DNA of 64,000 nucleotides, taken from contig OZ374557.1 in assembly GCA_977862235.1 (NCBI GenBank), positions 868,001 to 932,000 of the forward strand. The letters run 5' to 3'. A program made the translations under genes and the position numbers. The notes under the pieces were generated by a model. That model saw only the letters and a list, made by a program, of their open reading frames with translations. It had not been told where the DNA came from and did no database searches. Shown one piece after another: positions 47,401 to 59,700 of the stretch. This DNA is from Dudresnaya verticillata. Taxonomy: Eukaryota. The stretch's first letter is position 1. Every line of letters starts with the position of its first letter.

Positions 47401-49517
47401 ATGCCGATTCCTCCTGATCCGGCCGCTGCCGCTTCGGCCGCTGCCGGAAACGTTGAGGACGCGACGCGTCGCACCTCAATACTGAGTACCATCGGCGTCT
47501 CAGGTACTCCTCTACACGACGTGAGGCTCGAGCGGAGGGCCGCCCCACAAAAGGCCCTCTCCGGGAGTCTGGTATCACTGGCCGACCTCCAGCTCCTGTA
47601 TGAGGAGACTCGGGACTCGCTGGCCGAGGTGTACGACCACCTTACAGCTTCGATAGCTACAGCGAGGGCTGACGGCCACCAAGACCTGGACACGCTTCGA
47701 CGCGGTCCTTTGGCGTCCATCGAGGACGGAATAACCCGGTCACAGGGGCTCCTCGATGAGCTACACCGCCGCGTTGAGTTGATAGGGCGCGTGCCGACGC
47801 GGCAACGCCAGCGGGCTACGGGCCCGTCCTCGGCGCAGCGCTCTTCTCCGCGACCGCAGTCACCAGCGGGTGCAGTTCAAGAATTGGCCGCTGCCATACT
47901 TGCCTAGCAACGAGCTCGGTATCGCTTTCCTTCACCACCGCCATCTCCACCGAGGCGTGCGGTGGGGTCGCACCATCCGAGTGGGGACCCCAATCCGTTC
48001 TACGGGGTCGACCCCAGGTTGCTCCGACAAGCCCTCGACGGGCAAAACACAAAGGGGGGACCGACCCCCCAACAGCACGAGGGCCCGTCTCTGCCTATTG
48101 GCATTGGGGCCCACTCATGGCAGGCATCGAGCCGTTAACCACGTTGGTGCCAGGGTTCGCTAAAGCAATCGAATACCGCTCTTACCGTCTCGATGACGTA
48201 GATCAGCGGGACAGCCAACAGCAGGTGTGCAGCGGCAACACTGCGAAGATTGTCAGCCGCATGAAGGCCCTTATGCCCCGGCTCGACCGGTTCGACGGCA
48301 AGGAGCCGATTCGCCTGCTTGGTGTGCTTCGACAGCTACGCCAAGCATTCAATGGCGTTGGACTATCCGAGGGCGCAGCGGTGCGTGTGGTGTCCTGGTT
48401 CCTCGATGGAACCGCTTCGCAGGTGTACTCGAGTCACCTGTTCTCTGGGGTGCGCACAACGCAGCGCGGCACCCCACCCTGTTGGGCCTCGGTGGTCAAT
48501 ACCCTAGTCGAGAGGTGCGCCACGGACGACGTCATCGCAGACGCCCATGACCGGCTGACCACCGCCAAGCAGAAGGACGCCGAGTCCGAGCTTGAGTTCG
48601 CCACTCGCCTCGAAGGGTATGCGGACGCCTGCGCTGGCGTATAATCCGATGAGAACCTGACGCATCAGTTACTTCGGGGCCTGCCGCTCACGACAATACC
48701 CGAAGTGGCGGAGAAGGTAAGGCAGCTGCCTATCGTCGAACAGACCAATTTTAGTACCGTTCGTCGGATTGCCCATAGCGAGGACACAACCTACCGCGCA
48801 CGTTCGGCAAAGGCAGCGCAGCCTATGAACACCTCGGGGCGCGGCAGGTCAGGTTACAGCTCGGCAAGCGGCCGCACACTGCTCATTAAGGGCCCACCAA
48901 GCTATCCCAGCGGGGACGTTGCTATCGACAGCACAATGCCGGTGGACCCCGACGCCGACGGGTTCTAACCCGTGATGTTCTCACCCGCACTATCGACAGC
49001 CGGGTCGACCGAGGCCGTCGAGACCCTCGACATCACAGAACGCATCGACGCGGTCCTACCCAAGCGCATACCACCACTCACTTCAACACAGGAGGCGATG
49101 GCACAGGCGGCCATCCCTGATCGACAGGGATGGTACATCTGCTGGTTCTCCCGCGATGTCGGGCACATCATGTGTTCGTGCCCGTACCTCACGAAGGAAC
49201 AGCAGACGTACTGCGCGTACGCGAACTGCAACCATCGAATGGAAACGCAGCCACATTCGCACAATATGCCTCAACAGCTCATCGATGAGCGCGCGCCAGC
49301 GGGCGCAAGGATAAGGAACCCCTCACGGCGATACGATGCGCCGCGGGGTGGGGACCGACGCTTGGATGCGAGAGGTCCCCCGCAGCGCATGGGCGAACCA
49401 AGGTACCGCGGAGAACCGCAGGGGTACCGCGGGGATCGCCGAGACCCACCCCGCGAGTACCATCAAGGCGACGCACCGCGGTTCCTGCTGCGCGATAAGC
49501 GGGTCGGCTTCGACTAG
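47401..49517 (+). pseudogene. gag: Gag-like protein (disrupted)
   Basis: FAKAIEYRSYRL, FDGKEPIRLLGVL, ATDDVI; knuckle-like CWFSRDVGHIMCSC; several stops. Confidence 0.8.
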
Positions 49518-50149
49518 CCCGCTGGCCGTCAACCTCAGGCATCGATGCCTCCGAGGGCCGACCCGCGCCGCGAACTGCTCCGAGCAGTTATGACGGTGCA
49601 GGAGCACACCGGTCTCACCGCTGACGAGTGGCTTCCGCAAGCGCTCGACGCGCGGCACAGGGGAGAGAAGCCAGCGGGCAGGGAAGCGATTACCTTCTCC
49701 TTTTTGACACGCCTCCGCGATCGACGCGAGGCGCCTCAGGGGTTACGAAACACCCAATCGGAATCGAGCACGAAAGTTCGGATTCCGAGGATAATTCTGA
49801 CCGGATCGATCGGAAAAAGAATAAAGGCGGCGCCGCTCGTGCGGTCGCGCGCACCGTCTTGTCCAACACCAGATCCACCGTTCCTTCCACCTTCGACGGC
49901 GTTGGGGGCAGCGAGCCCCCATGTCGAGCGCAGCGGCGCTTCGTAGGACACGAGCGACGTCCCGGTCGACGGGACGTCGTGGGCGACGCGTACCAAACCA
50001 CCCTGGCCGCCGCGGCGTCGACGCAAGCGACAGGCCAGGCGTAAAGGGCGCAGCTCCCCGATGGCGGGACAGGCGGTATCCGACGCTCGACGCGAGGGTA
50101 CCGGGGCTCCATACATCGACGCAGAGCCGGCCACTACCCCCGATGGGTA

Positions 50150-53100
50150 CTTGTGCCTCCTGTCCTCCGAGAGTTACCGAGTGTCCGGGTCCCTCGGTGC
50201 GGACCCGCGGGTTATGATACCCCACACCATCGCGGTGGACACCGGCTCCAGGTACAACCTCATTGCTCGAGGTGCCCTGAGGAAAACGCGTCAGAGATCG
50301 ACTCCGACCCACGCCTGGCAGGCGCCGACAAGACTCCGCTGAGGCTGTCCAGCGTCGTCCAACTCTCGATGAGGTTGGGGAACACGACGTTCCGCGTGCC
50401 TTTCATCGTCGCCGACACGCTCCCGGTCAACGTACTGATAGGCATGGAGTTTATCAACGCGCACGTGCGCGGGATCGATGTCGAGTCGAGAAGGCTGACG
50501 ATGAGGAAAGGATGCTCGGTGCCCATCCTCAGCCGCAGGAACCCCAGCGAGGGAACCGGTCCGGCAACGCAGCCGAAGAACCCATCGAAGGGTTTGTCGA
50601 TGAAGCACCAGCGGGAGCTCCACGACTGAGACCACGACACCCACACCATACGCCTCGCTAGGCAGGTGGTTGTCCCAGCCTACTCGCAGAGGCTCGTCTC
50701 GGTGACGTCGGGGGATAGTGGTTTAATCCACACGGAGCCCAAACCCTCGTTGCAGTTCCACCACGGCGTGAGACTGACCAACGGGGTGCACGACATCGAG
50801 TCGGGGCGACCCTTCGGGGCTATCTTGGGCAACTAGACGGACAAAGCCCGGACCCTACCGAAGGATTCCGTGGTTGGCTATGCGGTCCGCAATCCAGTCG
50901 CCCTGATAACCCCGGACCGCGACGTCGCGGAAGAGTTCGGGAGGGTGATGAATATCACCACCCTTCCCCACAAAGGGCAGCAGCCCAGGGGTAAGGGGAG
51001 CAATGACCCCCCAGTCACGCCGTCAATGGCAAGGGGCTACGAGACCACAAAGCTCCAGGGAGCAGCAACTGCAGCGGCGGAGAAAGGAGAGTCCGTCGAG
51101 GACTGGGAGTCGCAGGTGGAACTTTCGTCTATCGAATACAAGGTCACCCGCGAAGAAGTCCTCGCCATGCTTCGGAAGCATCAGTCCATGTGGGACGGCA
51201 GGATAGGCACGATTGCCGCTACGCAACACCACATCGACGTGGAACCTGGCACGCGGCCGATTCGCTCAATGCCCTATCGACAGGGTCCTTCTATGCGGAA
51301 GCTCGTACATATCGAGGTCGAGACCATGTTGCGTGCAGGGGTAATCGAACCCGCCACGTCGGAGTGGGCATCGCCAGTCATTCTGACGCCCAAGAAGGAT
51401 GGAACGCTCAGGTTTTGTGTGGACTATCGAATTCTTAACACTAAAACCCTGAGCGATGCGTACCCACTCCCACGCATGGATGACTGTATCGACAGTCTTG
51501 GCGACGCTGCCATATTCTCCACGCTGGATTGTAACGCAGGGTACTGGCAAATCCCTGTCGCAGCGGCAGACAGAGATAAAACCACGTTCACGACGTTCCT
51601 AGGGACGTTCTGCTACCTGCCGATGCCCTTCGGACTGAAGAACGCCCCGGCGACTTTCCAGCGTGCACTGGACATCATACTCAGCGGAGTTAGATGGCAG
51701 TGTTGTTTGATCTATCTCGATGATGTGATCATATTATTGCGGTCGATCGCGGAGCACGTTGGTCGCCTAGAGCGCGTGCTGACTCTGCTTCGAAAGGGCG
51801 GCGTGTCCATGAAGCTGAAGAAGTGCCACTTCTTCCAGTCCCGCGTAGACTACCTCGGTCACGTGATCGAGCCGGGGAAACTACGCATAGCGAAAACAAG
51901 CATCGACGCGTTCCGCCATGCGCAGTTCCCGACCTCCCTAACGAAGGTGAGGTCGTTCCTCGGGGCGAGTAACGTTTACCGCCGCTTCGTCAGGAACTTC
52001 GCCAAGATCTCTCGTCCGCTGACGGATATGACCCGGAAGGATGCAAATGTGGATTTCGATAATCCAAGCGCAGCGGAGCTAGAGGCATTCGAGATGCTGC
52101 GAGCGACACTCTTATCGCCTCCTATCCTACGGCTACCTCTCGAGGGCAAGCCGTACGTCCTCTACACGGACGCATCGGCGTACCAGCTCGGATGCGCCCT
52201 GCTCCAGGAGCAAGAGGACGGCCAGTTACATCCCGTTGGGTACTGGTCTTACTCACTAAGCTCAGCGGAGCGAAACTACTCAGCCACGGAGTGCGAGTGC
52301 TTTGCAGTGGTGTGGTCGATCACAACCCTGCGTCCCTACATCGAAGGGACCAGGTTCACGGTACGAACCGACCATGACGCCTTGCGCTGGCTCATGTCGC
52401 TGACCGATTCGTCCGGTCGCCTCACCCGCTGGCGGTTGCGACTCGCGGAATTTGACTTCCAGATCGAGTACCACCCGGGTAGGATACACCAGGTGCCGGA
52501 CGCGCTGTCCCGCCTGGCGAGGCCTCGACGGCAGCAAGAGGAGGTTGACGACGACGTCCCTACCTATGACCCCCCGGCGGTCGACCGCCAGAAGGAGGAT
52601 GCCCCGAGTACCGAACCCAAGGCACCGCCGGTCTTGCTGACCACGCGGTCCCAAGCCAACGCGTCGAGGCGGAGGGCACCGGATCGACCGGCTGAAGTGG
52701 ACGGCAGTGGCAGCGAAGCCAAGGAGCCCTCGAGCAGCTACGAGCCCCCGGGGCTTGCCGACGACGAAGCCTGGGACGACTGCGACGAAGTCGACCTCTT
52801 CGACCTTGGCCGCATCGACGCGAGCCAAGAGCCGACGGACCTCACCTGGGTCGAACCGGTGAAGCTCCCTTCACCAATAACCGTCGAGTAATTGGTGGAT
52901 GCGCAGCGGCGCGATTCCTTTTGCCAAACAGTGTTGGCATGGCAGTCCTGTCGGCGGGATAGCCACTTCTTCGAGGACGAGGACGGTCTCTTGTGCCGGC
53001 GTCACCCCGTCATCTCCTCGTTGGAGCAAATAGTGGTGCCCGAAGCGCTACAGCCGCGGCTTCTCACGCTCGCGCACCACTCCCTCCTGGCTGGCCACCC

Positions 53101-54367
53101 TGGCCAGAACAGGATGTTATACACGCTCCGCGAGAGCTACTACTGGCCACACATGTCAGCAGACATAGCCATGACAGTTCGGAACTGTCGGCATTGTGCC
53201 AGGTACCGCATACGCTTGCGGAGGTCCCTTCATCGGTTGAATTTGTTCCCGGCCACGAGGCCGCTCGAGTCACTCGCGATCGATATCCTAGGGCCGCTGC
53301 CCAAGACGAAGTCAGGAAAGCGATTCCTGCTCGTCATGACGGATCGATTCACGAAGCTGACGCAAGTAGCGCCGCTGCGCACCATCACAGCGTACCACGT
53401 TGCAGTGGCGTTCTGTGAGAGGTGGATCTTCCACTATGGACCGCCGAGGTCTCTGTTGTCGGACAACGGGAAGCAATTCACCTCTAAGTTCTTTCAAGCA
53501 GTGTGCCGCTATCTCGGACTGAAAAACTTGTTCACATCCGCCTACCACCCGCAGTCGAACGGTCAGGTTGAGCGCTACAACCGGACCGTCATGGCCATGT
53601 TGAGGAATTACATCAACGATCACCAGGACGACTGGGATCGATACGCAGCGGCGTTGACGTATTCCTACAACTGCCATGTCCATCGCACAACGCGAACGAC
53701 ACCCTTCAGCCTCGTGCTGTCCCGGCCGCCGCCGGAGTTCACTAAGTTTCATAAGGCAGCGGCCAGACCGAAACCTATTGAGGACGTGCGCGCAGACTTT
53801 CTCAAGCGGCTTGACGCCGCCTTCGCAAGCGCATCGAGCGCTCTCGACAAAACGCAGCGGCGTTACAAGAAAGACTTTGACAAGCGTGTCAGAAAAGTCA
53901 ACTCCGGCATTCGAGCGGGAGACTACGTCTTCATCGACGCGAGCGACGGGGTTAAGAAACACAAGAAGCTCCAGAGGCCAGCGATAGGGCCCTATCGCGT
54001 GCTGCTTAACGACAAGCGCACTCTTTTTATCCACAGAGGCGGCTTGGTCGAACGCATCGCAGCGGACCGCGCCGTCTACTGTCCCCCGCCACTGCGGGAG
54101 GATACTGCGCAGCGCCGCGCATTCTTACCCACCACTGCGGAACTCGCGTCCAAAGCCGTCGACGGCCCGCGGTTCTTGGTGGATAAGGTCCTTGACCACG
54201 GCACGGCCGACGATGGCACGCTCGTGTTCAAGGTGAAGTGGACCGGCTATCGCAAGCCAACGTGGGAACCACGTTCCCATCTCCCCGAGGAGATGGTGAG
54301 CCACTACTTCGCATCGCTGCGGCGGCGAAACACCAACCGGCTCGAAGCCGCTCGCTCGTCCTCATAA
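50150..54367 (+). pseudogene. pol: Pol: protease-RT-RNase H-integrase-chromodomain (few stops/frameshifts)
   Basis: VDTGS, PKKDGTLRFCVDYR, YLDD (51713), LYTDASAYQLG, TDHDAL, H..GHPG..C..C, AIDILGP, SDNGKQF, NGQVER, GPY, KVKWTGYRKPTWEP; in-frame TAA 52889. Confidence 0.95.
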
Positions 54368-55690
54368 CCCCTCGGCGGGGGCGCCTCGCGCTTGAGAAGG
54401 AGGCCGTAGGCATTCGTGGCCTTTTTGCGAAGGCAATCGATGCCTCACCCTACCCTGCAGTGGGCACCAAGCCCAGGCAGGTCACCCTTGCGCCAGCGGC
54501 AGCGGCAGCAGCGCAACAGGGGGCCGCAGAACGCTGATTCCGGCGCATCGACGCGCACAAGGCGGCTGCCAGCTAACCAAGCCTGGTGCAGCGGCCCCGG
54601 GGTGGTCGCACGCACTCGCAGGCGGCGATGAGACACAGCCGTTACCTCGCCTTCGGGCGTGATAGGCGTCAACGCCTCACGCACGCAGGGAAAGGGGCGC
54701 TGACCAGCGGCTACCAAAGCCGCTAGCCAGCGCCGCGCACGCGGCGCTACCTTCGCTCACGCCATTGCAACCCAACGCGCCAGCCGCAGCGGCTGCTAAG
54801 CGAGGAGGGGTCACACCAGCGTGGGTGCAGAGCGGGCGCGTCGACGCGCCAAAGGCAGTCGCTGTCGAGGCGAAGCGGTGTGGGGCAAAGGGCAGCGGCA
54901 CGATCGCCATCTCACTCGGGTGCATCGAAGTGCCGTTTCACTCGATGTGCAACGGCACCCCAAAAGCGTGCGTCACTTTTGGCGTGCGCCCCGGCGCAGG
55001 GCGCACGCAGCGCATCGAGCGCGAAAATTGTTCCAGCTACAGTACGTACTGTAGCCGGGGGTTGGGAAACACCCAACCAGGCCAGTGGCCCGGAAGGCAA
55101 CAGCCAATGAAAGGGGTTGCGAAAATCCCCAGCCAACGATTGGCTATAAGTTGGGTGCAAACCGCCTCCCGGCGGGAAGCAACAGCAGCGGCTGATCGAG
55201 TCGCCAGGAGCGGAACGCCGCCGGCACAAGCAGTGGGCGCGAGGCAGCGGCCTCGCCGAAACTAGTCGCAGTGGCACCAGGCTCCCAAGACGGGCGCGCA
55301 AGAGCAACCACTGTGGTTTCCCCCATGCCAAGGCGGCCGCAGCGGCGCTGGGGAGCCACATAGGATCGGCACGTTTGCCTATTGCACCTGACCAGCGGCT
55401 CACGAACCCCCCGCTCCGAGACGACCGCTGTCGTAGCGCAGTGGCGATGCACGCGGGCTCGATACGCGCGCGCGCAGCACGCACCCTGGGCAGCGGCCCG
55501 ACGTGGTGAGCTGCTGCGCCGGCGATCTCTTTCGCCAAAAGAAGTTCGCATCGACGCGGGCCGAAGCCATAACCCACCCCTCTCCCTTTAAACATGTCTA
55601 TAGACGCAGCGGCGTAACTGGACTAAAAGGCGCAGCGGCGCTCTAATCGCTGGGTGCCGCGGCGCCCGCGAACACTATGCGTCGATCGCA

Positions 55691-58598
55691 TTATTGGGCA
55701 GCGTTGCCCCCGGCCCCCGCTCCCGGCTGATCAGTCGTCGACGACGCAAACCCAGGGGCGGAGGGGTCATAGCCTGTCACCTCGGCCGCAGCGTGCGGCC
55801 GATTTGGCACAGCAGCACCCGCCGCGGTACCCGACGCGTGGTACACCGCGACGGCGCCAGCAGCAGCGGCCGCTAACCCAGCGGGGCTCATTTGCCCCAC
55901 TGGGGGACCATACCCCTGCGGCACGTAGCCCGGGGGACGGGCACCGCGGGGCCCGGCTGCTGTGGGACTCCACCGCCCAGCACCACCATCGACGGGGTGT
56001 AGCTGGAGGGTCCCCATGGGAGCATATGGCCAGCGGGCCCGGCGGCATAAGGCAGCATCGGTTGCTGCGCAGCCTGCCCTGGCGCATACGACGGCATCGG
56101 CTGCTGCGTCGGCGCCAGCGTTGGGGGCGGCTGATACTCCTCTCGTGGCCGCTTGCCGAGGGATTCAACGCCTGGGGACGAGCGGGCAGCGCGCCTCAGC
56201 TCCCCCTGCAGTCGTTGCGCATCGTGCGCAAACCTGTTCCGCTCGGTGCGGTAGCGGAGGGCAATGGCGTTCGCAGCGACGAGATCGTCATGCATCTCCG
56301 CCAGATGGGCCGCAACGGCGGTAACCAGAGTGCGCAGCGGCGCGTCCTCGCCCAATTGTACCAGGGCAACGGCGCGGCGTACGTTTTGGCCACTCCAGAG
56401 GCTCACCGCCGCCGGCGCGTCGAACGCATCAGTTTTGGGGGGCAGCACATAAGCGGACACCGCCATCGACGGCGGTGGGCCATATCTCACCGCCTGCCTC
56501 GACAGCGTGTAGGCAGCAGGCAGCGGATCGATCGCTGCCTGCCGCTCCTGACCCCCACCTACGGCAGCGGCCGGGGGGTGGTGCCACAGCTCGGGGTGCC
56601 GGTGCCGCCACGTGTGGCACCGGTGGTAAGTAGGGCTCGGCCTCCGAGGCCATAACGGCAGCGGCCGACTTGGATGCCCCACCTATGCCCCGACGGGCGC
56701 GCGGCCTGGCGGCCCGCTCGAAGCGGGCCATGGCCGCCATCGAGGCATATCCACGATCCTTCCACGGCGCGCGTGCGCGTTGGATCTTGTGAAAGGTCCC
56801 TGCCACCGGGTTGAACCCGCAAATGAACGCATCGACGCGTGTTGCGAAGTGGCGGCGACGGGTGTGCTTCTCTCTGGCAGCGGCCACGAAGCGCGTCGTG
56901 TTCAGCAGCTGCTTGAACTCGAACGTCACCGATGTTTTGTCCGGGCCTGCTGCGCCTCGGAGGCGTGGAAAGCCCGGGCGCTTGCGGCGCCATAGGACAT
57001 CGAGGTACACCAAGATGCGGTCGTCGAGGACCCAACAAATTTCCTTCGATAGGATGTCGGAGGCGTAGCGACGCCCCACCTCGAAGGCATACTCATCGGA
57101 TCGCCTAGCGAGGCGCTCTCGATGAACTGCCTCATTCCCCGCCGTGGCGTAGTGGAAATATCACTCGATGCTGGGCCACGGGACGATCATGCTAGCGGGC
57201 ATGTCCCGGTGGGAATACCACTCCGCGGAGGGAAACCATGACGCGTCGAGCGCCGGGTACAAGCCCGCACCCGTGGCACCATGGTGATGAGTCCATCACC
57301 GGCGGCGCGGCAGGTCGCCCAGTCCCGCTCCCCCATACACAAGCCGAGGAGGCGGCGCACGCAGTCGGCATCGGCCAGACCTCGCGCCTCCTCCGGCGTC
57401 TCCTCGATGGGGATGTCCCTCACCCAGGCCAACCAGGCCGCGAGGGGCTTGTGGAACCCATCGACGGGTTTCACAAAAAGGGCTTCGGCGCCCTTATCCA
57501 CGATCAGCAGCTGCTTGACCGTGGTGAAGAACGAGACGTCACACGGTAGGCGTTCGGTACGAGCCATACCGGCGTTGCGGGCATGAAGGCGTTGTAGACA
57601 GCGGCCCCGCCATCATCGCTCGCATCTGCCACGCGCAGGGGACGTTGGACGTCAATCTTTGGCACGGGCAGCAGACGCCACTGGTCCAGCGGGATCTGGT
57701 GGCGCGGTGCCTCCCACGCGAAGACAGTGGGAGGCAATGCATCTGCATTGGGCACCGCGAAACCGCGTCGCTGGGGCCCAATGGTCAGAGACATCCCTCG
57801 CATGGTGATGACCGGCAGAGGGGGAGCCACGGCAGCGGCCGATGACTACTCGATGGCAGCGGCCATGCTTGTGACAGGGGCGGTCGACGCCCCTGCACCG
57901 GGCTCGACTTACGCCGATGCACCAAGACCCCGGCGGGGCAAAAATGGAGCCGCAGAAGGCAGCATTCTGCTCCCCCTCGACGCGGAGGCCGTCGACGACC
58001 CCGTCAGGTAAAGAGCACGAGCCACGGGTGGCGCGTCGACGCGCGGAGCGGTGAAGGGCACAGCGACTGGAGCCGCCTCCTCTGGGCATGGAGCGGCAGC
58101 GGCCGTTCCACTCCGGTCCCGGCCTCCCAAGCCTCGCAGCGGCGCGTCTTGATTGGCCACCTCGACCTCCTCGTAGCTGGGCAGAGGTCGGGTCGCCTTA
58201 CCCCGAGCCAGCGCAGCGGCTGCTTGTTCCGGGGGCACTTCGGCGGGAGGTGTGTCAACCGCAGCGGCGGGACGCATCTCCGGTGTCTTGGCGGGAACAG
58301 CGGCGCCCTCTCCAGCTTTGTCGGCAGCTGGTGAACCGGCATGCGCAGCGGCGCCCGCCCCAGCCGCCGAACCGGTAGCGGGACCAGTGGGTACCAAAGC
58401 GGCCATCGCGGCGAGCGGTGGGTGTGGCAGCGCAGCGGCGCTCTTCCCAGGCGCATCCTGCGCCTGGGGTTGTTGGGCAGCCGCCACCGGTTCTGCCGGT
58501 GCAGCCGTCGATGGCGCACCAACGGCCGGCGGCGGGGTGGTTGCGGGCGCCCCTTCGTCAGGGGCGCCCCAAATGGCAGACGAGCGCGTCTTAGCCAT
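55691..58598 (-). pseudogene. Antisense accessory ORF (family 1), fragmented, between pol and 3' LTR
   Basis: Chain of minus-strand ORFs from MAKTRSS: Ala/Pro-rich N-terminus, core homologous to 18666-19913, Pro/Tyr/Gln-rich tail. Confidence 0.65.
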
Positions 58599-59700
58599 CC
58601 GTATCGCCGCACGTCGACGTGGGCAATCGCGTCGAGGGGAAGGGGGCGGAGGTAGCGTAGCACGGCACACACACAACAGCGGTCACTGTTGTGCAGAAGC
58701 GTCTGGGCGAAGGGGAGGTCGTGGAGAGCGATACCCGCAACCTCCCCAGCGTCGACTACGCGGTGATACTTATATGCGCAGCGGCGCAGACGGGTGGGCA
58801 CGCGCATACACCGTCGACGGGCGCGCGTGCCAATCACTGTCAACGGCCACTCGGGATTGCTATCGTGGCCCCGGGAAACCTCAACGGCCGTGAGCGGGAC
58901 GCTCACGCTTGAGGGGGGCCGTATAGTACAGCTGTCAGCACACTATCAGCAGCGACTGTAAGGTATGCTGGCAGCCCTGCACTGTAATGATGCACACGAT
59001 GACGCCCGGTGGCGAGTCGTGGTTGGGCAGCGTGTCCATAGTTTTTTCGTTGATTTCGTAGCGGTCGACCGCATTGCTGCCGGCAGCGGCCGCGCGCTGT
59101 GCCGCAAACGGCGCGCCCCAGTGACGCTCTCCGGCATGGAGCCGTTGAGAGGGCCGCTGCCCGTTACGCCCCGCGCGCGCCCACGGGTAGCCGTTACCCG
59201 GACGTGTCGACGCGTGTATGGGCGCGCGCTCGCACACCTCCCGCGTTGGTTTTGTGGGGCGCACCTACTGTAGAGCAGTCGTAGTGCACATAGTGTAGGG
59301 TATTTAAGACCCGTCGGCCAACGACGGCTCAGTAAACCGGGCAAGGAACAGCTCGCGCTGAGGCTTGCCCCCAGCCTCTTCAGGTTCGATCCCTTTGCCT
59401 TACGCCAGCGGGCGGTTTCCCTTTTTCCCTTGCCTCACTAGCCTTTTCCCCTTTCCTTTTCCTTTCCGTCGGCTTCGTGCCGCCCTTCGACAGTGACGCT
59501 GGGATCCGGCCGCTGCCTACCCGCGTACGGTACGCCCCGTGCGCGCTCCGGCATCGACGCCGTCGATCCGCACCTGCGGGGCGCACGCGGCCGACACCGC
59601 TCTACCATACACAACAGCTACCCATCGACGGGTCTGTGTGGCGGCTTCGGACCAGCGCGTATTAGACGTCGGGTCGATCCGACGTCTATACTACAGCCCC

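Larger units (their letters stand above)
46661..59695 (+). mobile_element. Full-length chromovirus-type Gypsy element (13,035 bp)
   Basis: LTRs 46661-47333 (with ~100-bp internal deletion) and 58922-59695; GACCC/GCCCC TSD (4/5); PBS 47335; PPT GAGGGGGG 58911-58918. Confidence 0.93.

Noticed and set aside
54400..56655. Plus-strand env-like gene after pol (e.g. 55654-56655)
   Set aside because: Arg/Pro-rich shadow frames with no signal peptide or transmembrane pattern; the conserved coding signal is on the minus strand.
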